From Octopus vulgaris (Eukaryota): 64,000 bases of DNA. This document shows, piece by piece, positions 12,490-26,180 of the stretch. How positions within the stretch are numbered: the stretch's first letter is position 1; the number at the start of each line of letters is the position of its first letter. The notes under the pieces are model-generated. The model made no database searches and was not told where the DNA came from. It worked only from the letters and a program-made list of their open reading frames with translations. Position numbers and translations under genes: made by a program. Location of the stretch: NCBI GenBank assembly GCA_951406725.2, contig OX597817.1, positions 19,096,001 to 19,160,000 of the forward strand. The letters are read 5' to 3'.

Positions 12490-13500
12490 ATATAGTTTAT
12501 TTTTTTCCCTAGAAGTAATTGTTTATTGTAAGCCATTGGGTTGATGTTCGTACGAAGTTTATTATTTTATAGTATAATTTTGAAAAAGATTTTTTCTCAT
12601 CTGAAAGTGAACCATAGGTTGAATGTTGAAATATAGCTGAAGTTAGGTATTGTATATTATTATTTGTCTTTTCGAGCATCAATATACGTATGTGTTGGTA
12701 TCCTCCTATGGTATCAATACGCGTATATGGAATTAGAGCATTTGAATCAAGATAACATTTTGTCAAAGCTATTTAAGATAGGCTAACAGGGACAACAAAA
12801 CGAAATGATAACCAGTAGTTTTCAGGCATATCTTTATCCATCAAACTGTTTGTATCTAGCGAAATATGAATGTTATTCACATCAGAAGTTAATTGCATCC
12901 GGGGAGGTTTTGTTTGCTCGTGATGAATCCAACACTTGTTTGGCAGTAAAATTACTTCATCACTTACACAAAGATTATTAACAACGAAAAATACAGACTC
13001 ATTAAAATCAGAATTAGGGACGAACATCTGCGTATATTTAATTCCAAATTCAGACATGGCCTGAAGTATTTTGTGATTTTGTTCATTATCTTGTTTATAG
13101 CATTTACGTTTCCCTAGTCCTTTTTGCCCCGTAGAATAAGGCACACTTCTTCTTTGTAGGGCAGAAATGATAATTTATCATTCAGTGTAAAGTTTAGTTT
13201 GAAAGTCTGAATACAATACATATTGAGTATTTTCTATTGGATTTATCTGGAGGGTTTGTTTTTAATTTCCGAAATTTAGACACCATTCTGAGCCTGGAAT
13301 TAATATAATACTGATCACTCGTCTGTTTGATCTTTCCTTTTACGCTGTCTCTGTTTATATAGAGATAGAACATATGAGAAACTATTTTGCGGAAATGGGG
13401 ACTGACAGGATCCCTGTTCAGAGGGTTATCCGGGAAGAGTCGAGCAAATAGTGGATTCAGCTGCAACGGCGTATGCCTCCATACCTGATCTAACCTGACC
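12490..13500 (-). pseudogene. Putative Mab-21/cGAS-like (cGLR) nucleotidyltransferase pseudogene
   Basis: Three consecutive - strand ORFs (one frameshift zone, one in-frame stop). Motif order QLNPLFARLF..GKIKQTSDQYYINSRL..VSDEVILLPNKCW..RFVVP..YQHIRILML..IQYLTSAIFQH..LYYKIINFV..INNYF follows the Mab-21 layout. Similarity by eye only. Confidence 0.4.
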
Positions 13501-14169
13501 TATGTTTATACGTGGCTTTGGGAAACTTAACTGTGCGTAATAGACGATCGAAAGAACTACCGATATAGATACTGAAATTCAGTAATTGTCCATTAGCTGT
13601 ATCAGTGAGTTATAACGATATCCAAGTGTGCGTAACAGATGGTGAAAAAAAATAAACTACCGATATAAAATACTTAACGTTGACTAGAATTCAATGAACT
13701 TAACATACACGATTATTACGGACAACTGGAGAAAAATAATTTTCATAAATACAATACAGATTACTAACCATTAACTAGATTTGGATTTTCACACTGTGAT
13801 TTACTTTAAACAATAAATAAATTGTTTTTAACCCGAAAAGGTAAAAATACAAGCTATTATGTTTGATGAGAAATAAAAGAGGAGAAAATGTTATTTCAGG
13901 GGAATTACATGAAAGTAAATTCTTTGTTAGTGACAGGAATAGTTAAACTTAAGTATGTACCACGAATTAAAATCATAAAGATATTTGTCTCTATTTCTGA
14001 CAAAATATACACAGCCGTTTGACTGTTGGCTGATTCGATGTGGCTACGCTTTAGAATAATCCTACTGCATTGCATATGTTGTTTCAAACTCATTAATCAA
14101 AAACTTATGGTTTTGAATGAAACAAGCATAACATGCACATGTACACACACACACACATACACGTGCATA

Positions 14170-14860
14170 TGAGGTGCACTCCGGACTTTCTCGGGAACGT
14201 TATTATTAATTTAAAAGAAGTACAAATCACTAATAACCTTCAAATAAGATACTCTGACCTAATCCACTTGTACGACTCCAGCCTCTTTGTGTTCCAAATT
14301 AAAAGTGTCCAGGACCCTTTTCACAACCTCCTTTATCTTCTCGTTCAGTTTGAGGGACAACCAAAACTACAGAAAGGAAGGCCTGGACAGTAGGGATGGC
14401 GAAAGGGAGTTGTGGTACCCATCTCTGTCAAGTAGTTGGTTATGAGGAAGGAAATATCGATTAGTGAAAGGTCCAGATGCAGGTAGACTGACCTTTTCCG
14501 ACAAAATCTCTTCCTTAACTCTCTCAAAACCGCCAGAAAGTACACATTTTTGACCGTCTGGTCAGAGGATGTGGATGATGCCCATGTCGAAAAGGGTATC
14601 ATCATAAACTTCTCGGTGGACTTCCTTTGCCTGGCCTCTTGTGTCAGCGAAAAACAAAACCTACACAAATTATTCAGCAAAAACAAAAACAAAAAAAATT
14701 TGTAGAACATCGTAAGATTCTGTAGCGTTTCTACTCACTTTAAAACAAAACTTTAACGCATAGCGAGTTTCTAAATTGTCTTCTTGCGCCGACTGCATTC
14801 TGCAAATGAGTCAGTTGCGACAAACAGCATTTAATAGGGTATGTTGGCAAGTCAGCTTAT
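14170..14860 (-). mobile_element. Decayed mariner transposon
   Basis: ARQRKSTEKFMMIPF..QTVKNVYFLAVLRELRKRFCRKR..LITNYLTEMG..HPYCPGLPFCSF, a decayed YSPDLAPCDF motif. Confidence 0.8.
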
Positions 14861-14890
14861 TAGATGTTTAGTAATGATATACTAAAATTA

Positions 14891-15245
14891 GGCGCAATGA
14901 CCCAGTGGATCGTGGTTTCGATTCCCAGACCGGGCGTTGTGAGTGTTTATTGAGCGAAAACACCTAAAGCTCCACGATGCTCCGACAGGGATGGTGGTGA
15001 TCCCTGCTGTACTCTTTCACCACAACTTTCTCTCACTCTTACTTCCTGTTTCTGTTGTACCTGTATTTCAAAGGGCCGGCCTTGTCACTCTCTGTGTCAC
15101 GCTGAATATCCCCGAGAACTGCGTTAAGGGTACACGTGTCTGTGGAGTGCTCAGCCACTTACACGTTAATTTCACGAGCAGGCTGTTCCGTTGATTCGGA
15201 TCAACCGGAACCCTCGTCGTCGTAACCGACGGAGTGCTTCCATCC
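14891..15245 (+). mobile_element. tRNA-derived SINE (third family) with 9-bp target site duplication
   Basis: Near-identical to 56366-56738, with a deletion in the tRNA head. CTAAAATTA at 14882-14890 and 15247-15255. Confidence 0.9.
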
Positions 15246-16496
15246 GCTAAAATTACAATAATCTAAGACAGTCATAAGTCTCTCCACAAAAAGAAAAATT
15301 CCTTGAATGCGCCTCGTATCATCATACATACAAATGTATATGTATCATTTTGTATATCGGCGCGAAATTTGTGTGTCGGTCATAATACCTAAAGGCATTT
15401 CTGTGTTGCATTCTGTCGATTTAAATCTCTTCAGGCCAAAAGATCCATTTGCACTTTCGATAAACAGATCAATATAGAAAAAAAAAAACCCGCACTTATT
15501 GGAGTCGATATCACCGACAAAAAGACTTGAAGCGCGTGTGGTAGCATGAGCGCAGCCAAGAGACTAAAACTAATAAAAAAAAAGGATACTGGTTTACCAT
15601 GAATTAACCATATTAATGAAAACTGGATAGCCACTGACCATATATGTATGTGTGCATATACGGATGTATATACGAATATATGTATGTATGAATATACACA
15701 TGAGCCTGTGTATGCGTACATAGTGTGTGTGTAGGTGTGCATACGTTCATGTTTTAACATGTGTACAGTTATTCTTCCTGACTTTTGAGTTTTCAGCTGG
15801 TAATATTCAGTTATTGCAAACTGAACTAATATAAGAGAAAGTTCTGTTTACTATCCCCATGGAGATAAGTACACATAATGATATCGGAACAAGGCAATCT
15901 ACTTAATAATCATTATTTTTACAACTGGATATGTTTGTCCAATACAAATTAATCCTTGCCACTCGCTTGTGTGAACCGGAGAAAGGAAGATATTTCTAGG
16001 ATATGTATTTTATTTTTAAGTGTCATTATGGTTTCTCTCATATTACCAAAACACACATCAGTTATCAATTCGATAGGCAAATATACTAATTCACTACGGA
16101 ATCCTTTAAAAGGATTCGGATATTAAAAATAGAATGAGTCATTTGTCAATCTGTCTTTTTTTAAATTAGGTCGTAGATGTATAATGCGTACGCATTTCAA
16201 GTATACATACGCACACACTATGTATATACATACATACATACATACACGTGCGAGCGCGCGCACATACGTATGAATGCATATGTGTGCGCGCGCGTGATTA
16301 GTATGTACGAATGTAAACCCTGTAGCCTTGTATTCTGCGAAACGAACAATTGCAAGACCTAATGTACTACTGTTCATTGCTTCTTAAAAATGTTTGTGCT
16401 ATATTGTGCATTTGAAACCACAATATTTTATACGCCATAAAGCAGAAAAAAAAACTAAAATAAAATGAAAAAAATAAATAAAGAAAGAAATAAATA

Positions 16497-16907
16497 GGCG
16501 CAGGAGTGGCTGTGTGGTAAGTAGCTTGCTTACCAACCACATGGTTCCGGGTTCAGTCCCACTGCGTGGCATCTTGGGCAAGTGTCTTCTGCTATAGCCC
16601 CGGGCCGACCAATGCCTTGTGAGTGGATTTGGTAGACGGAAACTGAAAGAAGCCTGTCATATATATGTATGTATACATATATGTGTGTGTATGTGTTTGT
16701 GTGTCTGTGGTTGTCCCCCTAGTATTGCTTGACAACCGATGCTGGTGTGTTTACGTCCCCCGTCACTTAGCGGTTCGGTAAAAGAGACCGATAGAATAAG
16801 TACTGGGCTTACAAAGAATAAGTCCCGGGGTCGATTTGCTCGACTAAAGGCGGTGCTCCAGCATGGCCGCAGTCAAATGACTGAAACAAGTAAAAGAGTA
16901 ATGAGTA
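16497..16907 (+). mobile_element. CORE-like octopus-type SINE, full length
   Basis: ggcgcaggagtggctgtgtggtaag...gactgaaacaagtaaaagagta. Confidence 0.9.
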
Positions 16908-17272
16908 AATAAATAAATAAAATAAAAAGAAGTTGAAAAGGAATGATATTAACAAAAATAAATTTCGAATAAATTTGGAAGAACACAGGAGCGTGTGTTA
17001 GCGAGCGATTCGAGAATCCTTTGTGTGACATCAAAATCCGTCTTTGTGTATCCTTCAGTGTCTCTTTAATCGTTCTTCTGTCTTCTTGCCATTTTGTCTT
17101 CCTCTAGAACAGCATCACAACAAAAAATAAGCAGAGACTTAGATGGAGACAGTCGGAGCTGAAGTAATGTCGTACGTTTGTTTATGGTTTTATTGTTAAC
17201 TGTGGATATGTATATATATGCGTATTTGTCTCTCCGATATTTCATTCTCTCAGCGTTCTGTTCCTCTCATCC

Positions 17273-17308
17273 CTTTCTGGCGAAGAGTGAAGGCGCGAAA
17301 AGTCAAAG
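17273..17308 (+). ncRNA. Degenerate minimal hammerhead motif
   Basis: cttt CTGGCGA agagtgaaggcgc GAAA AG TC aaag. Stem I is intact; core, stem II and stem III carry substitutions. The element ends at a (TA)n tract. Confidence 0.4.
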
Positions 17309-17405
17309 ACATTTCCATTCTTCTCGAGTGTCAAAGTAATACACCTGCTGACCGATCTTCGTCTTTTGGCCTCTGTAAATTTGAACTATATATATAAAGT
17401 ACAGT

Positions 17406-17470
<65 letters not shown>

Positions 17471-17770
17471 ATAATAATGAATGGAAAAATAGAATTCCTA
17501 TAATGAATTCCCGAAGAAAAGCCTAATTCGTGTTTTCAAAAGGATTTCGTTTTGGCTTGAATTAATTAGGTCTTAAAAGAACTTGAGGAGTTTTTATTGG
17601 ATACATATACCAACTTGGAATAAAGTAACGTCTACATTTCTATTTTTTCTTTTATTATTCTCTATTTATTGTACCGTTACAGAAATTAACAAATTTATAT
17701 ATATTCTTTGCTTTCGATTGAACCGGTGAACTTGGATGTTTAACATCCGTTTGAAGGATTTAGGTCCTTC

Positions 17771-17828
<58 letters not shown>

Positions 17829-17960
17829 ATATATATATATATATGAGATAATGGTATCATTGAGACCCAAAGGTGTCAGATAATGCTGAATAAGTGCTAT
17901 GGACAGACCATAGTTAAGTTCCAGATTCGGTAATATTGCAAATAAAGGGTTCAACGTTGG

Positions 17961-18153
17961 TTCTATGTCAGCGTGTATATATAAGAAGTTTTTGCGTAGG
18001 AAGATAAAAATAACCAAGTCTGTATAGATATTAGAGCATTTGTAGATAGAAGGTCTTACAGCTGTAAGGCCTTGTATCTATAAATGCTCTAATATCTTTG
18101 TTTTTTTAATCTTATTACGCACTAAATTCTTATATACACACGCTGGCATAGAA
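17961..18153. repeat. Imperfect spacerless palindrome centred on TTACAGCTGTAA
   Basis: Arms ttctatgtcagcgtgtatatataagaa...gatattagagcattt and aaatgctctaatatc...ttcttatatacacacgctggcatagaa. Confidence 0.85.
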
Positions 18154-18200
18154 ATACGGCTACGCATTTCGCCCGGCGTGATAACGTTTCTGCCAGCTCA

Positions 18201-18242
<42 letters not shown>

Positions 18243-18814
18243 GTATAAAATACCAGTCAAATTAATACATCCCCTAAAACATATATATATATAAACACTC
18301 ACACACACACACTCACACATACAGACATGTATAAACATATACGCATATACGTACGTTTGTGCATGTGTGCGTGTTTCTGTGTGTATGGCTGTATTATACA
18401 TGTATGCATATGCATTTATTAAAAGTTTACATCTGCTCGGATAAAAAATCTACAATACACAGTTGACCACACTTCATGCACATCTCGCCAAATTTTACTT
18501 CAGTCTTTCCTTAATGTAGATCAAAGGGACAGAATGGATAGGAAGAAACAAAATCTATCCGCCACATCTATTTCATAACCTTCTGATAACACATTTTCTC
18601 CTGTCTGTCTCATCTTACTCTGTTGTTTGTTCGTTTTCCTTCTAACATCTCTATCGTGCATCTCACTAGGAGATTGGATACATTCGCGATTTGATTTCTA
18701 CTGATACGCTTTCCTTTCAATAGTATTACTTTATTAATTACACGTATCTGAAGATTTGGCAGTAATTTGCTGATTATGTAATTTGCATTATGAAACCAAT
18801 AATCCCCTTTTATC

Positions 18815-19222
18815 TTTTATCTTTTATCTTTTATTTGTTTCAGTTATTAGACTGCAGCTATGGGGGGAGGGGCGAATTGGAGAATTTAGTCGAAAGAATC
18901 GCCCTAGTATTTAATTTTTAAAACCTTAACCGCTGCTACGGGGCACTTGCATACGCCAGCACAGGCTGATATGCAGTGGAGGTGGGGTGGGAACAAATAC
19001 AGACGCAGTCACAGACTCAGACAAACACACGCACACACACACACACACACACACATGCACATGTACACACGCAAATGCACACGCGCACACACATGCACAC
19101 GCACACACACATGCATACGCACACACACACACACGTACATATATAGACGACGGATTTCTTTCAGTTTTCGTCTACCAAATCCACACTTAAAGCTTTAGTC
19201 GGCCATAATTAAAGATACTTGT
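18815..19222 (-). mobile_element. Degenerate CORE-like octopus-type SINE with expanded (CA)n
   Basis: Diverged match to the 7398-7798 copy. Confidence 0.65.
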
Positions 19223-20634
19223 TCGTGTGTGCATATCTATGGATATTAATCCTGTGCTTCATACCAAGTATACATACACGTTTGATTATATTAATATTGA
19301 GACGATATCAACTTTGGTCATATAAATACTAGCAAAAAGATCAACTGTAACAATACTGTTAGTAGCATGTTATGATAATCTGAAAAAAAGGTAATAATAT
19401 TAATAAATATAATGCGATTGTTAATAATGGTAATATTCATCATAATAGTAATATTATTATACAAAGATAATAGATTACAATGATATGATGAAACTAATAT
19501 AACATCCTACAATTTAATCCCTCCCTCAGAAGAGTAAACAATATCTATCTCATTCCAAATGAACCATAAACATTTTTGCAACGCATCCCACATTATATAT
19601 GGAGATAAAAATTTACTGCACGCTATAAAAACAAGAAAAGTTAAAGAAAAGGAAAAAAGAAATCCTGGCAATCTCATGCTTTTGCAAAACATAAAACCAA
19701 AATCAGTTGCTTACGCCGTAAACCAATGAGAAATCTCAGAAAGACGAGTATTTGAAAAATAAATCACTGAAACCATATTTTATTTGCCATTTGAATATAC
19801 ATTTCTATCTATTTAATTTATCTTAATTGTTGCAATAGTTTTTATTGATTCGGTTCTTACTTTAAGTATTTGTTTTATCAGTTTATCATATTTTGTAATC
19901 TTTTTTGCTCGTCGAATCATAATATAACCACAGACACATTCATAAACTAATGTATGAACAATTATGTACACATTACACATATAAGTCCATGTTCCGTTTA
20001 AAGACACATAGTAACACACATTTAAATATAACAGCTTAGGAGATTATATCAGGTCGATTTATTATATGCCGTGAATGATTCGGTATAATATCGATGATCA
20101 TATCTAAATGAATGAAGGAACATTGAAAGGGCATTAAAATATTTCCAACCCAACAAAACCGTAGACCAAGAATAGAACTGGCAATAAAAAATACACCAGG
20201 TAGCTGATAAGCCATTTGTCTTGTGAAAAGAAATATTAGTATGATGTTCAATTATTACTGTCTACATCATATATATTGTTGTTTAATCTCAAATAGACTC
20301 TAATGAAGATCCCTACGATCCAAGGGATTTCCAACAATAATAATTTCGTGTTTTATATTTTAAGATAATGCATCTGAGCATAAAATTCGTCCTATATTTT
20401 AAAACACCGTGTGTGATTTGAATAAAATTCGTCTGTTATTTTCATGAGGTCGCTTACATCAAATTAGCTTTTTGTCTTGTATTTAGTAAGTAGTTTATTA
20501 CGACAAGACGTTAGGTGTTTATTTCAAAATTCACGTTTAAAATAATATTTGAACAACGAAGCTACGTAAATTCTTACACTCAGCAGTTATAGCTTCGCTA
20601 AGCAGAGTCGAACGGGGTGCGAAGCTACATGATT

Positions 20635-21037
20635 CCTTTCTTTTCTACTCTAGGCACAAGGTCCGACATTTTGGGGGAGGGGTCCAGTCGATTAGATCGA
20701 CTCTAGTACGCAACTAGTACTTAATTTATTGACCTCGAAACGATGAAAGGCAAAGTCAACCTCGGTGGAATTTGAACTCAGAACGTAAAGACAGACGGAA
20801 TACCTATTTCCTTACTACCCACAAGGGGCTAAACACAGAGAGGACAAACAAGGACAGACTAACGGATCAAGTCGATTATATCGACCCCAGAGCGTAACTG
20901 CTACTTATTTAATCGACCCCGAAAGGATGAAAGGCAAAGTCGACCTCGGCGGAATTTGAACTCAGAACGTAGCAGCAGACGAAATACCGATAAGCAGTTC
21001 GTCTGGCGTGCTAACGTTTCTACCAGCTAACCACCTT
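20635..21037 (-). mobile_element. Dimeric tRNA-derived SINE with Nin/Deu-like domain
   Basis: Two tandem units of (minus strand) gagttcaaattccgccgaggtcgactttgcctttcatcctttcggggtcgat. Confidence 0.85.
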
Positions 21038-21619
21038 GTGAAACTGCATGATTGATTAATTACTGGACGGTTCGTAATTTCTGCAATCTTGCTCTTTAGA
21101 AAATTGCCTACTTTTATCAGATCTCAAAAGTAGCTAAAATATTTCCGGGAAAATGACAAAATAAAGCTTAATATTCAGTGAAATAGAAAACATATCACGT
21201 AAATTGTGGAGTCTATATATCAGAAATATACAGCTTCCTATGCTGAAAGTTTAAAGATAGGTAACACTTCTTCATAAAATAAAAACGAGCAAGTCGGCTA
21301 GTAGTCCACAACACTATCAGGTGCGTTATTTAATTTACAAACTCTTGTGAAACAGTGAAATGTAAAGAAAATTATGAAAAATAATATTTTCCACATAATC
21401 ATGGGACTACTAATTTACAATGAAGTAGTGTAGTTCATTCCCTTGACCACAAAGAATAGATGCGACTTAGTAGACTGAACATAGAAGATTGAAGGCAAAT
21501 ATAAATCTAGTGCCGTTATTTGCAAAACTAAATAAAATAATTCATTAAATCAACTGCAATGTCCATATCTTTTGTGCAACTAATTTGAGAAATAATTGAA
21601 AATCTTTGCGTTAGGCTTT

Positions 21620-21950
21620 GCTTTAGCTTATGTCCAAGCCGTCAAAACGCCGTTCTATTCGTCTAGTAATTTGAGCAGGGCCTTTTCTGAGTATAATGTA
21701 TCTCTAGATGCTTGAAGATGTTTGAGCAATCTTCGTCAGCGGTGATATGAATTGTTATTGGACCTGAAGATGCCGTTCCCACTGCCAACCTACTATCTAA
21801 GACCTGTGAAACAGTTCATATCTTGAAATCCATACCCTTCCGAAAATCTCTGCCAATTCACGTAATACATCGATCGCCTGGATTGGCAGAGTTTTAGCGA
21901 TATTTTAGAGGTACCTCGAAATATTTGTGCCAACTACTTAAAAACAAAAT
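21620..21950 (-). mobile_element. Highly decayed CR1/L2-like RT fragment
   Basis: Scattered residues only (..WISR.., GP...ADE...LQ...TLY). Confidence 0.25.
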
Positions 21951-22003
21951 GATATCCACAGTTTTTCCTCTCATGTGTATCACACTGCTATTCTTCCTAT
22001 AAG

Positions 22004-22033
22004 CTCGTCATTCTTGGTTTTGGAGAGAAGCAC
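22004..22033 (+). CDS. Candidate 30-nt micro-exon (LVILGFGEKH if phase 0)
   Basis: ctattcttcctataag|...|gtaagt. Phase 0-0 reading is compatible with the terminal exon. Confidence 0.3.
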
Positions 22034-23031
22034 GTAAGTGGCTCCTTCAATATTTGTATATTTCTCTGCATTTTTGAATACTATTAACTCGCTTTGTCGC
22101 TTGGGAAATCAGTATATATTCTGCGTATTCTAAATTTTTATGATGTATATGTTCTCGTCGATTGAGTAATTTTTATGTAGTAACAACAGCAGCGGTAGTA
22201 GCAGTAGAAGTAGTAGTAGATTTTCCTATCATTTTTATTGCTGCTACTACAAATTTTACTACTGTTGTTGGCAGGCTGCAGGTCACTTATGTTTTCCTTC
22301 ATTGTATCCAAAGTACACACTTTCTCAAGTTTGGGCGACTGACCTTCGTCCTTGTATTTTTCTAATCGTCCGTGTTGTTTTGTTTATAGTATTGCCAGTC
22401 AGGTGTGTCCAACCTCTTTTGTTCTTGAGAGGAGAATGTTTTAAAGTGGGATCTCCTCCTAACTGTACATACTCGGTTATATTTTTGGTGTTCTTCAGAG
22501 TTGTCGTCAGAATTTGGAGTTGCATTTTGAAATCAAACATTCGAGGATGGATGAGTAATCGCATTTTAATCAAAATTCTAGAAATATTTTCCCTATGAAG
22601 ATAACAACAATCACCATAGATCTATCTCCGAAGTATATTTTTTATTGCTATCGATTTCAAACCACGAATCCATAAAAGTGTGAGAGGGCCTTCCATACCA
22701 TTATGCAGAGAACATGTTAAGCGGAATAGAATTGCTACAAATCTGTATAGAATACCCTTGTCACATACTTAAGGGATGCCATGCTCAACCCTCTCATAAG
22801 AATAGTCGATTATATTGAACTCACTACTTGACTGGTTCTCTATATTTTACGGACCCTAAAGAAAAAATGCAATCCTGATATACATGATATCTTATTTCTT
22901 TATCGTCCACAGGGGGCAAAACACAGAGGGGACAAACAACGACAGCCATGATATCTGAAAGCATAAAGTAGATGTGCGAAATTCATTAACTGGCAAAGTA
23001 TAATTTGTTAGGCATTTAATCTGATACTCTA

Positions 23032-23224
23032 TACGAGGGGTGCTGAAAAGTTCCTAGCTTTAAGAACATCACAAAAGGCCCAATTTTACAGGTCTAAGAA
23101 AGACTGAAGGATCACTGCAATAGGTGTGTGAATCTAAGAGGGGAATATATTGAATAAAATCATAATTAACTGATCCTCCTGTATTTTCTTTTACCTAAAG
23201 CCAGGAGTTTGTCAGCACCACCTA
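23032..23224 (+). mobile_element. Mariner-derived MITE
   Basis: TIRs tacgaggggtgctgaaaagttcctagcttta and taaagccaggagtttgtcagcaccaccta, TA ends. Internal transposase tail RLKDHCNRCVNLRGEYIE*. Confidence 0.8.
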
Positions 23225-25740
23225 CTGGAGTACAATGATAGTAGTTGCTGCAACAATATGAGAAACATGCCGGTTAGAATAATGCGGCTGCTACTAATGA
23301 TGAAGATGATGATGTTTACGAGTATGATAACGAGGATAATGATGGTGATAGTATCTTACATTGTTACAAGGTCTCACATTAATACTATTTAATCAAGGAG
23401 AAAACATTATTGGTTCTGATTTTTATTCACCAAAGAAATATAGAATATCAGTTGTACACGAGGAGCATTTAAACGTAGAAAGTAAAGCAACCTATATAAT
23501 TACTACACTGTAGTTTTCTCTTGAATACAGTGATTTCAGTTAGTACTTTGTCCTTGTGATATGAGCAATAAAAGCAATAATGATAAAAATTGACATTTAC
23601 AATACATGACCATAATTTTATACGTACGGAGGTAATAGATTAAATCTATGTCAGAATATTAATAATACATATTTAACGAACAATGATGTTTGAATGGTGG
23701 TAATTTGACCTCAGATTTCCATATGGCTTGAATTTAACTTAGAATTCAACGCTCTTGTTTTATTGATATTGACGATATCAAACGCAGAACGCAAAGATCT
23801 GTAGCCAAATACCACGAGTCGCTTATCGATCCCAAGCACACATTCTAATGCTATTCTCTATCATAATAATCAGAAACTACAAAAGAAGGATTGACCACAG
23901 AGCATTAACTGGAACTGCTAGCAGTATACTGCACGGTTTACCAACACTCGCAAGTCTCATAAAAATGACGTATGAAATTTGGTGGTGAAAAGATACGTAG
24001 ATAAGAGATAGCTAAACTCAGATGTATTAAGGAATGTACAGATATTTAATACAGAAATAGCACAACTCATCTAGGGAATTAATACTGAAACCAAAAAGAA
24101 AAAAAAGCAGATGCACTAAGAAAAAGTAAACTCATAGAAACCATCTGAACATTAACCACCGAACACAAAATATCTGAGTCCTGACAACAAAAAGTAAATA
24201 ATACAACAGTAACTAACGTATGTGTAGCGGATGAGCTTTTAAAAGAATGAAAATAGCAGAGTAAAACCGATTTTAAATGGAAGGGAAATGTCATAAAACG
24301 CGTAAATATCTAGCCACAAATACATACTCCAACAAATAGCATAAAACACTTCACAATGTAACGAGGGAACACAAATATGCAACGGAATAATAAAATCGAA
24401 GTGACCACAACAAAATCAATAAACCTGGATCAACAGAAATTTATCTCTTAGCTACGAGTAAATAAAAATCTAGATATTACTGGGAACCCCTATAAATTAT
24501 CTTCGCCAAAGCAAACAACAGGTTAAATGAATTAACGTGCTCAATGCATATATCTATCGAGTTTAACTAGGCTCAGCTTATTACAGTAAAGCGCTGCTCA
24601 CCCAAGCCTTTAAAAATGGAAATGAAACCTATGGTACTAAATTGATGAAAGGAAAAAAAAAAGAGAACACACTCTCCCACAAAAATATGCAAAACAAGCC
24701 AAATAACAGGGAAATAACAAATAGTAGAAGTGCAAGGCAGAAATGTAAGACATTCTACAAGAAAAAGAAAACCTAGGAGACTTGATCCATGTTGGATGAC
24801 ATTACCTGAAACATCTGAAAATTTCTTGCACCAAATACCAAAAATACCAAAACGTTCTACTATATTATAAAATACAAAATAACATTTAAAGAAACGAAAA
24901 CAACTGAAATGGAATAACATGGGGAGAAAATATGAAACGGAAACGTACAATATAAGTCGCAAACTTATTTAGAAAGTAAATGGAGAAGAAAATACAATAG
25001 CATCACAATCATGCTGAGTACAACGTGCTGGTAACTTACCAAATCAATCAAGAACATTTGCCAATAGAAGGCTTTCGAAATTGGTCAAGTCCCAAATTGC
25101 TGGTTGTAATACTTAAAGAGTATTATATCAAGCTAGGGCATCAGTATGCAACAAATTGTTCGAGATATCGGAATCAACGCTCGACTGATTGTGAGAAGGG
25201 AGTACACTACGTAACTAAGCATCAGGCATGCAAAAATTACAAACCAATAGCCAAGTTTATTATCAATAGAAAAACCTCTTCCATCTGTATTCTTCAATAG
25301 CCTAGCTTCTTATCAGGAAAATAATATTTTTCCGGGAATAGACTTATTATTGGAAAATGTGACGTGTATATGTATGTAATTGTATTCGAATATAGAGCAG
25401 TTGTTAAAGATAGCCAAGGAGAAAATCAAAAAAGGAAAGCCTTTGCAAGGATATTGACAGCATTGTGAATATACACAGTTGACACAATACAGTATATAAT
25501 ATATCAACTACGCTATATCAAAAGAGAAAACATCAATAACATTGGTAAATGAGAATATATAAATATTTACCATAACCCTGTAAAGGAAATTGCTCAAGGA
25601 AACCAGGAAAATAATCACTGCATTCTGAAACATTACTCCTAAACCAATATTGATACATCTATCACGTGTTCTGAGAAAGACGGTGAGTGTGTGTGTGTGT
25701 GTGGGGTAATTATTATGATATGATATTTCTATACTCTCAG

Positions 25741-25920
25741 ATGCTAATTTTAGTTAAAAAGAGATTTGCAGATGACGAAATGGACAGACAGTTTAAACCC
25801 GATACAGACATGATGGAAAAGTTTCTGGTAGCCGGAGGTCTAAGTGATCCTTTAATGGCTGAAAAGCGCAAGACTTTGGGACTTCCCAGTATGTACACAC
25901 CGAACCATCAAAGCAAATAA
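25741..25920 (+). CDS. Probable terminal coding exon of the unidentified + strand gene
   Basis: tttctatactctcag| then MLILVKKRFADDEMDRQFKPDTDMMEKFLVAGGLSDPLMAEKRKTLGLPSMYTPNHQSK*. Protein-like composition. AATAAA at 25949-25954. Confidence 0.65.
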   Translation: MLILVKKRFADDEMDRQFKPDTDMMEKFLVAGGLSDPLMAEKRKTLGLPSMYTPNHQSK

Positions 25921-26119
25921 ACAAGATATTGTTGTGAAAGACCAAAACAATAAAGCCTGTTTATTGATGGGCATGAGCATATCATGTGACCATAATATCT
26001 CGGCAAAAGAATTGGATAAGCTCAGAAAAAAATAAAGATTTGCTAATCAAAATGAAAAAGATGTATCATCTCAAGACGGTTATATATAAATATAAATATA
26101 AATATATATATATATACAT

Positions 26120-26180
<61 letters not shown>

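Noticed and set aside
19333-19390. Possible exon ...LLVACYDNLKK before gtaata
   Set aside because: No pyrimidine tract at the acceptor and phase not clearly compatible with neighbouring candidates.
22300-25620. Possible very old LINE remnants (ORF1-like at 22325-22573, ORF2-like at about 23900-25600); likewise 28540-29440
   Set aside because: Only scattered residues resemble LINE proteins; too decayed to assign or delimit.
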